Assembly: GCA_010093605.1 (NCBI GenBank)
Contig: MU004182.1
Span: 963,032-1,027,031, forward strand
DNA from: Lophium mytilinum
Lineage: Eukaryota
DNA: 64,000 bases
Reading direction: 5' to 3'
Of the stretch, positions 1 through 11,865 are shown piece by piece. Under the pieces are notes generated by a model. The model was given only the letters and a program-made list of their open reading frames with translations. It was not told the DNA's origin and did not search any database. Within the stretch, counting starts at the first letter, position 1; the number at the start of each line of letters is the position of its first letter. Made by a program: the position numbers and the translations under genes.

Positions 1-824
1 TATTATAAAACTACTATAAATGTAGTAAGTAAGTAACTCCTTACTATTTAATAATAAGTTATAGTAGTAAGGGGTAAGTAGAATATAATATAATTAGGTA
101 GGTTTCTACTTCTTTAGAAAAGTTTTCCTACTAAGTAGATAGTTCTTAGACTTATAGTTCTTAATCTAGTAGAATATAAAAGTCTCTAGCGTATTCTAGA
201 TAATAGCTTTAGATATTCTATAACTACTCTTTAAGATTATTTATATTCTTATTATTATTTCTTTCTTAGAGGTCTTTATCTTTATATTTTTCTCTTAAAG
301 AGCTACTTACTACTTTAATTATACTAAAAGCTACTAAAGTACCTAGAATAAGTTTATTTTATATAGAAATAACTACCTAGAATAGTAGTAAGAAGTAGAA
401 AAGAGAGTTAAAGTAAGTAGAAAAGAAGGGGAGAAAGTGCTAAAAGGCTACTAATAACCTTTCTACTGCTGCATTAACGTTAATATTAAAAAAAAGCGCA
501 ATAGTAAGCTTTATCTTTAATAAAGCTAGTAAATAGTCTAGGGGTAGTAAATAACTATAAACTTAAAGCTACTACTATAGATAGTTATTTATTATAAGTT
601 TTAATAAAACCTGCCTTAAGTAAAGCGCTTTAAGTATCTATTATAGCCTCTTCTACCTAAATCTACCTTCTAGCTAGAAAGAGTATATTAAGAGGCGTAT
701 AGGTAGTAGAAAATAATAACCTTTTAAATAACCCTTTAAATAACTCTTTAGATAATAATAATAATAAATCCTCTAATAATAACTAAAATAATAGTTAAAC
801 CTCTTAAGCATAGTAAGTATAAAC
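1..824. repeat. RIP-mutated AT-rich sequence, unidentified repeat
   Basis: Very AT-rich, CpA/TpG nearly absent, TpA in excess; no ORF in the track. About 712-786 can be read as a RIP-converted Asp-rich coding tail. Confidence 0.55.
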
Positions 825-983
825 TAAACCCGCGCACTAAGTATATATTAAGCCTTTTTAGGCACTACTAAATTCTTTTCTATAAGAATTCCCATTTATT
901 CTATTAACTAATAGTAAGATAAATATTTAAAATATTATTAACTACTATAGAAGCCCCTCCGGGGCTTTCTCTTAAACTATTAG

Positions 984-1103
984 AGCGCCTACCGGGGCGG
1001 TAGTAGTATTCTTAATATCTAGGCCTAGATAACTATACTTAGCGCCTACCGGGGCGGTAGTAGTATTCTTAATATCTAGGCCTAGATAACTATACTTAGC
1101 GCC
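984..1103 (+). repeat. Perfect 57-bp tandem duplication (2.1 copies)
   Basis: Unit agcgcctaccggggcggtagtagtattcttaatatctaggcctagataactatactt at 984 and 1041, partial third copy at 1098. Confidence 0.95.
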
Positions 1104-4100
1104 CCTCTATAAACTATAGAAATCTATTTAACTAAATATTAGTATAGTTATAACTACTATTAGATTAATATCTAAACTTAACGGCCTAAATTTATATCGC
1201 CGCTAGAGTAACTAAATAGAACGGGCGTTAAGAATTAGATAATTTTAGGGTTTTATTAGTAGTGCCTATAATTATTTTAGCTCTAATAACCTATAGTTTA
1301 TAAAGATAGATAGCTAGTATAAGAGTCTACTAGAGTAAGGCTATAAAGAAGAAATATAGCTATTAGTAGAAGAAGTAAGAATATTTAAGAAGTTATAGAG
1401 TCTTTTAGAAAAAAAGTATATATAGAAGGGGGGTATAATATACTATACTCTTTAATAGTATTAGTATAGGGCGACTTATATAAACCTTAGGTTAGTAAAA
1501 GCTTTTATTAAAGAGCTTAAACTAATTTAAGATTACCTCCGGGCCCTTTATTTAAATTATATAAAGAAGGGTTTTAAAGTTAACTTCTAGTTCCTAAATA
1601 ACCTTAGTACCTAGTTCTAATACTTAGTTACTATAAAATTAAATAAACTAGCTATAATTAACCCCTATAAGTCTATAGACTTTAACTACCTAGCCTTATA
1701 GTTTATTAAGGAAGAGAAGCGTATAGAAGTAAAAGAAGACGCTATTACTACTATAGCCTAGTATACTTATACCGCGCTTATAGTAATAATACCCGCGGCG
1801 GCAAGTACTAGGTTAATAGCTATAGTAGAGAAAGTAATAACGCGCTTTAAGAAAGTAAAGAGTAAGCTTTTCTATAAGTATTATAAGAAACCCGGATATA
1901 TATAGAAAGTTAGATTTACTAGTTACTAGAATTACCTAGATAATAAGAAATACTATCCCGCTAATAGAGTTAATAAGGGTAGAAAGGGGGGTAAGAAAAG
2001 TAATAAATTAGTAGTTACCTAGGTAGGCCCTCCCTAGAATAGTAGTAGTTAAGAGTAACTTAAAATAGTATATTTAAGAGTAGAGCTCTATAATAGCTTA
2101 ATATTAACTAAGCCCTTAGATATATTAAAGAAGGTAGACGTCTTTTTAGACTAACTAGCAGTAGAGTTAAATAGCTTATTAGCTCCGCTAGTTACTATAG
2201 TATATATAGGGGAAGAGCTCTATAATAGCTTAATAAGTTTTCTAGGTATACTAATAGATAATCTATAGAAGAAATAGAACCTTATACTAGCTATATATAA
2301 GAATAAGAAAATAAATTAGAGTAATTAGATACTTAATTTAGAAGTAATAAGATTATTAACTAGCCGCTAGAACGTATTAATAAATATTAGGACTATTAAC
2401 CCACTATTATATATTAAAGGTATTAGTGGCTTAGTAGTAGTTATTAGTATAGAAAGCGTAAGCCTACTAGCTATAGTTAAAGGGGAGACCCTACTACTAT
2501 ATATTAATAATGTTCTCTACACGCCTAACCTTTTATTTAATATTATTGCTATTAAGTAGCTTACCTAGAACTTAGATATTACTCTAGTATTTAACACCTT
2601 ATAATATATAATCTAGTAAAAGTTAATAAAGTAAATTATTACTATAGCTAATACTATTAAAAGTAATCTCTATAATATTTAACTTAATTAATATAGAGAC
2701 GCCTCCGCATTTACTACTATATTAGTAAATAATAATAGTATAATATACTAGCACCTAGCCCTTAGATATCTAAAAGAGGGCCGTTTTAGAAAGCTTCTAA
2801 AGTATTCTATAGGTATAACTTTTAAGCTAATAGATTACCTAGGGCACTATAATACTTATTTCTATAGAACTCTTAAGCGCGTAAACTTTATAACCTCTAT
2901 ATAAAGAGAGATAAAGCTATTTTAATAACTCTATATAGATATTAAAGGCCTAATTAATATCTTATAATAAGGCTAAAAAGTAGTTAATTAATTCTTCTTA
3001 TCTATTACTAATAATTACTCTCGCTATTACTAGGTGTTTCTTTTAACTAGTAAAGATAAAGTAATATTTAGGTTTAAGGCGTTTAAGGCCTAGGTAGAAA
3101 ACTACTTTATAGTTAAGATTAGAAAGATTTATAGTAATAATAGAGGTAAATTTACTATCTAGAACCTATAGAGGCTATATAAGGCCTATAGAGTAGAAAT
3201 TAAACTTATAGCTCTCTATAACTATAAGGAAAATAGAGTTATAGAGCGCGGTATAGGGGTACTAATAGGGGCAACCTAAAGTACTATTATTTTAGTAAAC
3301 CTACTAAAGTATAGCTTTAGTAATATTCTACTAATAGTCTATTATCTTTAAAATCTATTGCCTATATTATCTAATAAGTATATAATACCCTATAAGCGGC
3401 TCTTTAAAAAACTATCTAACCTTACTAGCCTTTAGGTTATAGAGTATAAAGTCTAGAAGCCTATTCCTTATATAATAACTATAAAAAAGCTAGATAACCG
3501 CGGTTAGAAGTACTATTTCTTAGGGTATAGTACTAGTTTAAATTAATACCGGGTATAGAATATAGATATAAATTAGGTAGAGCTAATTTATAGGGGAGTA
3601 TTTCTATAAGATTACTTTATACCTGCGGGAATAGATTTACTAGAGATAGCGGCCATTAGGCCTATAGAAGACCCGGCCGTTCTAAGAGAATAATATAAAT
3701 AATTTACTAGCGCTACCGCTATATTTAAGGGGAGAAGTAGTAAAATAAATAAGGCTAATACTACTAAAAGGTATTTAATAACTATAACTAGCGTTATTAA
3801 TAATATGCTCTAGCTAGAAGAAGATAATAGCCGCCTATAGGTATAAGATTAACTTAATATTCTTCTAAAGTAACTAAAGAATAAGATTAACTAGCCTAAA
3901 GTTACGCGCTTAGTAATTGCCTTAATATACTGCATAGAAAGATAGTAAGATAAGATATAGCTTACCCTTATAAATAATAACCTAGATACTAATATTATAG
4001 AGCTAAAATTATACTATACTATAATAAATAGTCTATAAGTTAAAGAATAGACCGGCGCGGCTAATAATAAGGTAGCCTTACTTCTAGAAAATAATACGTA

Positions 4101-5696
4101 GGAGTTAGTAGAGCTACCTACTAGTATTTAGGTTCTAGGGGGTAAATACATATTTAAGGTAAAGAGAGACGCCTAAGGTAATATTACTAGGTTTAAAGCT
4201 AGATAGGTAGTTTAAGGTTTTAAGTAATATAAGGGTATTAACTTTAATAAAATATTTATATTAGTTATTAAGCTAATAAGCTATAAGGTTCTATTTATAC
4301 TTATATATATATATAGATAGTAGATTAAGTAAATAGATATTAAAATAGCCTTTCTCTATAGCAATATTAATACTAATATCTATATTAAGGCACCCCTAAA
4401 TATTAAGTTTAAAAGAAAGGTATATAAGCTATATAAAGCTTTATATAGGCTTAAGTAAGTACCTAGAATTTAGTTTAAGACGCTTAGTAATAAACTAAAG
4501 AAGCTTAGCTTTATCTATATAGCTAAAAACTATAGTATATTTATAAAAGAAGATAGAATCTTTATTACTATATATATTAATAACCTACTAATTATTAGGG
4601 CTAATAAGGCTAAAGTCTAATAAGTTAAAAGTAAACTAGCTAAGCGTTTTTAAATAGTAGACCTAGGAGTAGTAAGCTATTTTCTAGGTATAGTATTAAA
4701 ATAAAGTAAAAATTAATATAGTAAATATCTATTTCTCTTATAAGGGGCCTATATTAAAAAGCTTCTAAAGGACTTTAATATAGTAGAAAGTAATACTATT
4801 ACCTATTCTATAGAGGATAAAGTACTACAACCTGCGCCTAAGGGGTATACTACTAAGCTAGAGGCAAGAATAAAGTACTAATAAGTTATTAGCTTACTAA
4901 TATACTTAATATTAGGTATATACCCTAATATTATATATACTATATTATAGCTTAGTTAATTTACTATAAATCTAATAGATGCGCATTAGATAGTAGCTAA
5001 ACGGGTATTATACTACCTAAAAGGCACTAGTAATTAGAGGTTAGTTTTTAACTTAAACTAAGTTTAAAATAGACTTACGGGCTATACTAATATAAATTAG
5101 AGAAGAGAGTATAACTAGAGGTTATTTAGTAGTTATATTTTCTTACTATATAGAATAGTAATTAGCTAGGCATTAAAGTAATAGGCTACTATTACGCTAT
5201 CTAGCTATAAAGTAAAATATATCGCTAAATTAGAAGCTATAAAAGAGGCTATCTAGTTATAATAATTAGTAGCTAACTTTAGCTATATAGGGCCTAATGC
5301 TATTAAAATATTTAGTAATAATAAAGGAGCTCTATTACTAGCCTATAATCTAGAATTCTATACCTAAATAAAGTATATTAAGATACGCTATTACTTTATA
5401 TATAAAAAATAATAAGAGGGCCTAGTTAACCTATACTAGATAGAAATAAAAGGTAACTTAGTAGATAGTTTAACTAAGCTATTATCTAGTATAGCGTTTA
5501 ATAACTTTAGAAAAGAAATTAGTCTCTAGAGAGGTAGTAATAAGTAGCTTATTCTTAATTAAGTCTTTAATAGCTTAGAATATAAAGTAGAAAAAGATTC
5601 TATATAAATAGTTAATTAAAAGGATTATCTATTAGTTAGTATACTAGCTTAGATATATTAGTAGGCGGGCCTTAAAGTAATTACTACGCGCGGATT

Positions 5697-5848
5697 AAAG
5701 GGGAGTATTAAGATTATTAACCGTGCGTAGTAGTAGATTACTTTAGAAGCTAAAGTAAGGGTGGACTAAGTAGAAAGTCCACCCGCTCATGCATGTATAT
5801 AGTCTAGTCTAAGCCCTAGATAGTGGATAAATCTATTAAGTTTCGACA
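5697..5848 (+). repeat. Polypurine tract (5697-5705) and 3' LTR (5706-5848, ~143 bp)
   Basis: aaaggggag is followed by tattaaga (RIP form of TGTcGAGA); the segment ends tttcgaCA, where composition switches abruptly to GC-rich. Confidence 0.75.
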
Positions 5849-6980
5849 CACGCCACGGGTGCCCGCGAACCCTGTGACAAGTGCCAAGCTTCGGATCTTT
5901 CCGGTGACGACTGCTTGCGATCCCGGGAAGGATTCGACGCCCGTGTGCGTCACGGCATCCCGAGCGCCCGCAGCCTCGCGGCCTTCCGCCTCCCGACTCC
6001 TCTCCCTCTGTGTCCCTTCGCACTGCCATGTCTACACGGGGCACCCGCTTCACGACGCCCGCGCTGTTCGATGAGAGCTGCGTATGGACGGCATGGTGAC
6101 ATCGCCATCCCAGTCCGCCCTCGTCGTCTTGCTAAGGTTCACGGCGACCAGCCCGTCGTCAGTCAGCTGTCATCAGCCTCAGGCCCAGCTGCCAAGTGCC
6201 CTGCTACAGCCAGCCTCGCGCCCTGGGTCAGCTGGGCTTATGTCACTGTTCGAAGCGAGCGTATTTCTCCGAATTGCCGTTGCAACAACATGAGCAAGTT
6301 TCTAGACTCAGCGTGGGAACATCTACGTTTCTGATTTGGAGAGCTGGAGGACTGGATGGACGGTTGAGGACGCGTTACTGGATAGAGCAGCGTCTGTTAT
6401 ACGAGGCACTGCCACTGTGGAGCGAGACGAGTAGGCCTGTCTCACCAAACCGACCCCGGTCGACCGTTGCGTGCGGATGCTGTTATGGCTGGTGGGAGAT
6501 AGGTGACGGTGAGTACTGGGCGTATGAAGCGGTGGGTGTGCTGTGGGGAATGCCAGCCTCAGCCCTAGGTAAGATGGGACAGAGTCGCCCCGAGCTGTCC
6601 TGTTCAAGTCTCGTACAGTAGTGTTCCTCATGCAGCGACTAGGGAGATGCTGTAGTGCTACTTTCTCACTACGCGGCACTCTGTAAGAACTACGGGAGAG
6701 CTGGTGCAGGCCTTACTTTCATTTGCTATCTTGGTCGAGGAAACCCACTTGTTGGGTCGTATGCAGTTAGTGTGGGTTCATCACTGATTCAGTGTGATAC
6801 AGGACAAGCATCGTTGACAGGTAGGCATTACAAAGTCCTATTCATAGATTATTCCGTACAATTATCGTCCAGTCTTTCATACTATCAATTCTCTGGTATA
6901 GCTCATTTAGTTGAAGATGTCAATTTCTACTTTCGGAGTATACTCATAGCAGTAACTAACAGGAAGACTCTCCAAGCAAA

Positions 6981-8796
6981 CTAATGCACAATGACCTCCG
7001 CCGGCTTCGCACCCAAACGGTGACTTCTGAACACATTTCCGGGATCATACTTCTCCTTCAGCTCTGCTAGTCTTTTCGTATTCTTCCCAAACATCTCCGT
7101 CGCATCGTGGTCCAACTCCGCGTAGTTTGCATACTGTCCAACACCCTGTCCCTCCTTCCCCTTCTTCCACACTCCCGCGTCCTCACTCGCCTTCTTGAGC
7201 AACGCCTTACTGAATGCGCGCACCTCCCCATCCAGCTTCTCATCATACCACTTAAACATCGTCGCGACGTTGTAGTACTCCCCCCGATTCGCAAACGCCG
7301 TTGCGTCACTCGCCACCTCATTGATCTTCTTGAACGGCACTCCCTCAAAGAGCATGAGACTCTCCCCCATGTCCTCATGCCCCTGAACAAAAGCCATAAA
7401 ATCATCCCTTATCCCCTCCACCAACTTCGGCTCCAACGGCAGCGTAAAATTCCCACCCCCAAACGACTTCCTCCCGCCAAACCCCTGCCCCTCATTTAAA
7501 ATCCCATTCAACTCCTCATACGGCATACTCCTCGTCCCATCCACCAGCGGGCCCAACTCCCACAACGGCGCAAAGAACCCCCTCCCCTCGGTCTCCGTCC
7601 CATTATAAAACACAGCCACCACCACCACCGCAACCCCATGCGGCGGCGGCGCCGTAAACCCAAACAACAGCGTCTGCCGCCCATCATTCCCCGCATGGAA
7701 CCAATTCGCAAACTCCACCACCCCTCCCAGCTTCTCCCCGGGAAACACAAGCATCCCCCCAAACACCGCCTCCCGCTGCGGGTGCGCGCGGAACACAAAC
7801 TCCGTCACCACCCCGAAGTTCTGCCCCGCGCCCCTAACCGCCCAGAACAAATCCGCGTGCTCGTCCGCCGCCGCCCGCACGGAGGAGCCGTCCGCGAGCA
7901 CCATCCGCACCGCGAGCAGGTTGTCGATGGTTAGCCCGTGCGCGCCCGAGAGGTGGCCGTAGCCGCCGCCGAGGGTCAGGCCGCCGACGCCTGTGTGGTT
8001 GACGGTGCCGCCGACGGTGGCGAGGCCGTGGCGCGCGGCGGCGGCGTCGACGTCGGCCCAGGTGGTGCCGCCGCCGGCTGTGATGGTTAGCGCGGTGGGG
8101 TCGACGGTGACGGTGCGGAGGGAGGAGAGGTCGAGGACGATGCCGGTGGAGGTGGCGGAGGCGCCTGAGGTGGAGTGGCCGCCGCCGCGGATGACGAGGG
8201 GGATCGTGTGGGTGTGGGCGAAGGCGAGGGTACGTTGGATGTCGGGGGTCGTGCGGGGGTGGATGGTTGCGTGCTGGGGGGTGTGAGTATGTGGAGGAAA
8301 GTGGTGGGCATGGGGATGGGGGATGGGGGATGGGGGATTGGGGGAGTGGTAGGGGGCGAGTTGAGTGAGTTGACGGTAGAAGAGAGGGACGTGGGCATGC
8401 TGGGCATGAAAAAGGGTGGCACATTAGCAGGCTTTCTGCATTATATACACTTCTCTGCCGCTGCTTGTGGTGCTTGCAATTTCAGAAATGCAAAAGAAAT
8501 GAAGCTCTTAGCTTTGGGCCATGTAGAATTTGTCGAAGCACTCCAAGTAGTGGCAGACAGGTGTACACAGCGTGCTTGCTGAATGTGCCACTTTTTTGTA
8601 TCCAGCGGAATGGGATAGATGAGATGGATAGGGATAGGATCGGGTAGCTTACAGCCCTCTTCTCGCACGTGTCGCTCCAGCGTTTGATGCTCTCGTCGTA
8701 GCCAGGCATTCCAGGCGTCAAGACCGTGGCTTTAGAGCCAGCGGCTTTGAACTCTGCCGCCAGTTCGGCGTAGATGTCTTGGTTTGTGCTGCCCAT
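6981..8796 (-). CDS. FAD-linked oxidoreductase (FAD_binding_4/BBE-like, 6-hydroxy-D-nicotine oxidase-like)
   Basis: Exon 1 8796-8653 (MGSTNQ...[10 protein letters not shown]), intron 8652-8274, exon 2 8273-6981. Motifs [52 protein letters not shown]. Confidence 0.92.
8416..8591. repeat. Long imperfect inverted repeat (fold-back, MITE-like) in intron 1
   Basis: Left arm gtggcacattagcaggc...tatacacttctctgccgctgcttgtggtgctt matches the reverse complement of the right arm, gtggcacattcagcaagc...tgtacacctgtctgccactacttggagtgctt. Confidence 0.85.
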
Positions 8797-10224
8797 AGTT
8801 GAAATTGGTCGTCCACTATTGTATCAAGCGTAATATTGCGAAGAAACCTAAGAGAATTGATGGTAGGGAATCAACCAGACTATAGGAACGCAACAGAACT
8901 AACGACAAGGCTCAGCTGTGTCCAGACACACCACAAATTGGAAGTACTTACTATTTGCGATAGCGCTGGCTGAGAGGCGTTGGCGGGGATATTCTTGGCA
9001 GTGCTCCTTTTGGAATGCTTCTAGGCGTTCCTTTGTGTTCTCGGTAATGAGTGGATGTCTTAGTGAGAATTGAGGATGCACTTTATTTATATGAGACCGA
9101 CCACAGAGCTTCGTTCTCCGTTTCTTGACCGATAAAGCAAGCAAGGGCGTAGTGCTGAGTCTAGTCTGTTCAGTAATCGAGCTGATTGACGGCGTTTATG
9201 TACTGCTCGGACTTGATTCGGCGGTGTTAGCAGGAATTACGAGAGGAGAGATCTCGAAGGGCGTATAGACGTTTGTGAAGGGCGTAGGGGGTTGGAAGAT
9301 GAGTCTTGAAGTGACGTTGAGAAGGGAATGAAGTTCGGACGAGTCTACTAGCTTGTGGTACTAAGACCTCATTGGTGTTGACGTCGACGGTTCCAAAGAT
9401 GCAGAGATATATGCTTATCAGACGAACTTATTACAAAGATGGAGTATTTTGGGATTAAGGGTGGTTATTTCCGTGGCTTTGGCGCCACCAAGCTGCTTTT
9501 GTTGGTAATTGTAGTGATTACTCGTTTTAGCGGAGGACCTTCCAGCTTCGTTCATTAGTGTGGATTTATTGTAGTGCTGACGGCCGCGCAAGAGCAGTCT
9601 CCTAGTTTGGATTCCTAGCGCCACGGTTTGTTATGTAGGAATGACTACTAGAAATGAAACATAGCGAGTGCAAGAACCGCTTCGAAGCACCGCAAAGGTT
9701 CAAGACTGATATTCACGCTGTTGTGTGACGAAAGGTTCCCATGAGAACTGATCTATTCAGCTTTTAGTTAATCATGTTCCGGACACTCAATCCTCAACCG
9801 GCAATTCGGCGCGTAGCAACCAGCCAGCCCTCGATCGTGTCGAGCTCCCAAAGAGCCAAGTTCAGCACTACAAAACCCACATTCGACGCAGACTCAAAAC
9901 CACCAAAACTCATGATGTTGTAATGTTGTGGAGGTGCCGATATAGTGAGGAGCTATCTGTCGCTCTCTTGAATGCGGGGCTTTTTACTTTATTTGGAGTG
10001 GGAGACAGCACTAGTGAATGCAATGTCATGTGTGATTCTTGGCATCTTGGGAATTCGCGGCCGACAACGCTCCGTACCATCTCATCGACTTTAAGCGTTG
10101 TTAAACTAGCCAGCTATACTGTGACGTAAGTGTTAGGCCGGTAGAGAGAAGTTATAATATAGAACATAATATTACTTAGGGTTATAGATACAATTATTTT
10201 AGTAAGCTAGTATAAAAGGATCAT

Positions 10225-10315
10225 GCCACTATGGCTCAGATGGCCCAAACTTACCAGGTTGTGGAAAGTTAAGGACGCTGAGTCCAGGTTCGAGTCGCGC
10301 AGACTTCTCCTTTTT
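10225..10315 (+). ncRNA. tRNA-like Pol III unit or degenerate tRNA/SINE head
   Basis: A-box-like TGGCTCAGATGG (10232), B-box-like GGTTCGAGTC (10287), T5 at 10311, TATAAAA at 10211. Acceptor and T stems do not pair. Confidence 0.4.
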
Positions 10316-11094
10316 GCCATTTGCCTTTTTGGGTCACGTGACCATTATAACTCACTTACTACCTACCTTTCATCACGAATGACGATTAGCCAAGCCAAGC
10401 TGACTACTCCATCTTGTGCTTTACCGTAGTTACCCTCCACCAAATCTTATACAGAGCCTCTGCATATCGACCCGTCACTGTTCGCGGTACCCCTACAGGA
10501 AATGAAAAATCCGGACAGTTGGAACGATCGACGCCGCAGGGAATGGGCTGCTTAAAATATTCGATTACCTACTAACTTGGTTACGCTTTACAGTGGTACT
10601 AAAAAAGCAAAAGGTGGCGCTCAAGCAGTGTTGATATCCATTTGCCCAAACTTATAATCTAATACTATAGCTTAGGAGATGCTGCGGTTTTTCCAGAAGC
10701 AGGAGGTGTTGATTGACTTGGGAAGCGGTACGAGTAGTCCTGATATTGAAACAATATTCGGCACATGGATTGCGCCATTCTCTCTGTAACTTGAGTTGCT
10801 CCACTCTCACGAAGCTGCGTCAAGCTGAAGTTCTACATGGCGATTTCGATCGAACCTATGGGGTAGAGAGCTAGGAATAGGTGGTTCAAGCAATGGACCA
10901 TCCTCACTGCCAGCAGGTCTAATGATTGCCTACATCGCTGGCCTTCATGTTATTTTCAAAAGTTCTAGCACTTCCTATCTGCTTAGTCGTTCGTCGATAA
11001 TATAACCGAACATTACCGCGACTCCTGTGGCCGTAACTATCGTGAACCCGGCGTATTTGATGTTACTTCCCAAATCAACTCTACATCATACCAG

Positions 11095-11155
11095 AATGTT
11101 TACACAATGTTTACACAATGTTGACACCGTGCTGACACCGTGTTGACACCGTGTT
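11095..11155 (+). repeat. 11-bp minisatellite, ~5.5 copies
   Basis: aatgtttacac x2, aatgttgacac, cgtgctgacac, cgtgttgacac, cgtgtt. Confidence 0.9.
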
Positions 11156-11865
11156 GGAAGGGTTAAGCAGGCGCGTTGTGTCGTAAACCGTGTTTCAAGG
11201 AAGCGACAGGGTAAGACCTTCGTGATTGCCAATGTTCTGGTTCGGTGATAGTGCGGTAAGGAAAAATCGCTATGCTCCACGTGACTCTACCGTATCCGCC
11301 TCAGACAACGGCATATACTGTAGAAGAGACGGAACAGTTAGAAAGAAAGGAGATAATGAGAGGTCTTGGAATAGCTCCCGTCCAAATTTCTTCCTGCCAG
11401 AGACGAATTTCGATGTCAACCATCACCTCAACCACCTTCAACACCATAGAGGGAGAGAGAGGAGGGAGGAAAGGATAGTAGGAGGACCGCTGGTTGCCGA
11501 CTTTCCAGGAAAACCATCAAAACACCACGAGCCGCGATGGATAGACGAATCACCAGCGCTGCCCGTTCCTCAAGAATTCACAGGTAAGCGGCTCCTCCAT
11601 GCGCTCCTCGCATTTTCGCCTGGACTGGGAACCTTCTCCTGTATTTAAGCCAGCTTCTTTCATTCATGACTTGCTTTCTCACAACACTGCTCCCGCCCTC
11701 CACACTAGCCACCACCACTCACCACTCAGCACCACCACCCGTCTCCCATAATCGCAAAGCCCATCTCTTTCTCGCGCAGCTCGAGCTCCCTTAGACCAAC
11801 AAGAAGACCACTCGGCAGCGCAAGGTTCTCTCTCTTCTCCGAATCATCCCCCCCACCCAGGGGAG

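Larger units (their letters stand above)
825..5848 (+). mobile_element. RIP-inactivated Ty1/Copia LTR retrotransposon (gag-PR-INT-RT-RNaseH)
   Basis: Reversing C>T/G>A recovers Copia motifs in Copia order: Zn knuckle CxxCKKPGH (~1870), WILDSG (~2325), WHLALGH (~2748), ITDDYSRY (~3004), IHSDNGGEF (~3127), ENGVAER (~3230), KALYGLKQAPRIW (~4435), YVDDLL (~4573), GYTDADW (~5079), HARTKHIEIRYHF (~5360), LADGLTK (~5458). Many TAA/TAG stops. Confidence 0.93.

Noticed and set aside
5849..6984. Short ORFs next to the LTR
   Set aside because: No recognisable motifs; overlapping short ORFs on both strands.
10225..10315. Functional tRNA or tRNA-Sec gene
   Set aside because: Acceptor and T stems do not pair; retained only as a Pol III-like candidate.
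11095..11155. CRISPR-like array
   Set aside because: Contiguous 11-bp units with no spacers, in a eukaryotic context.
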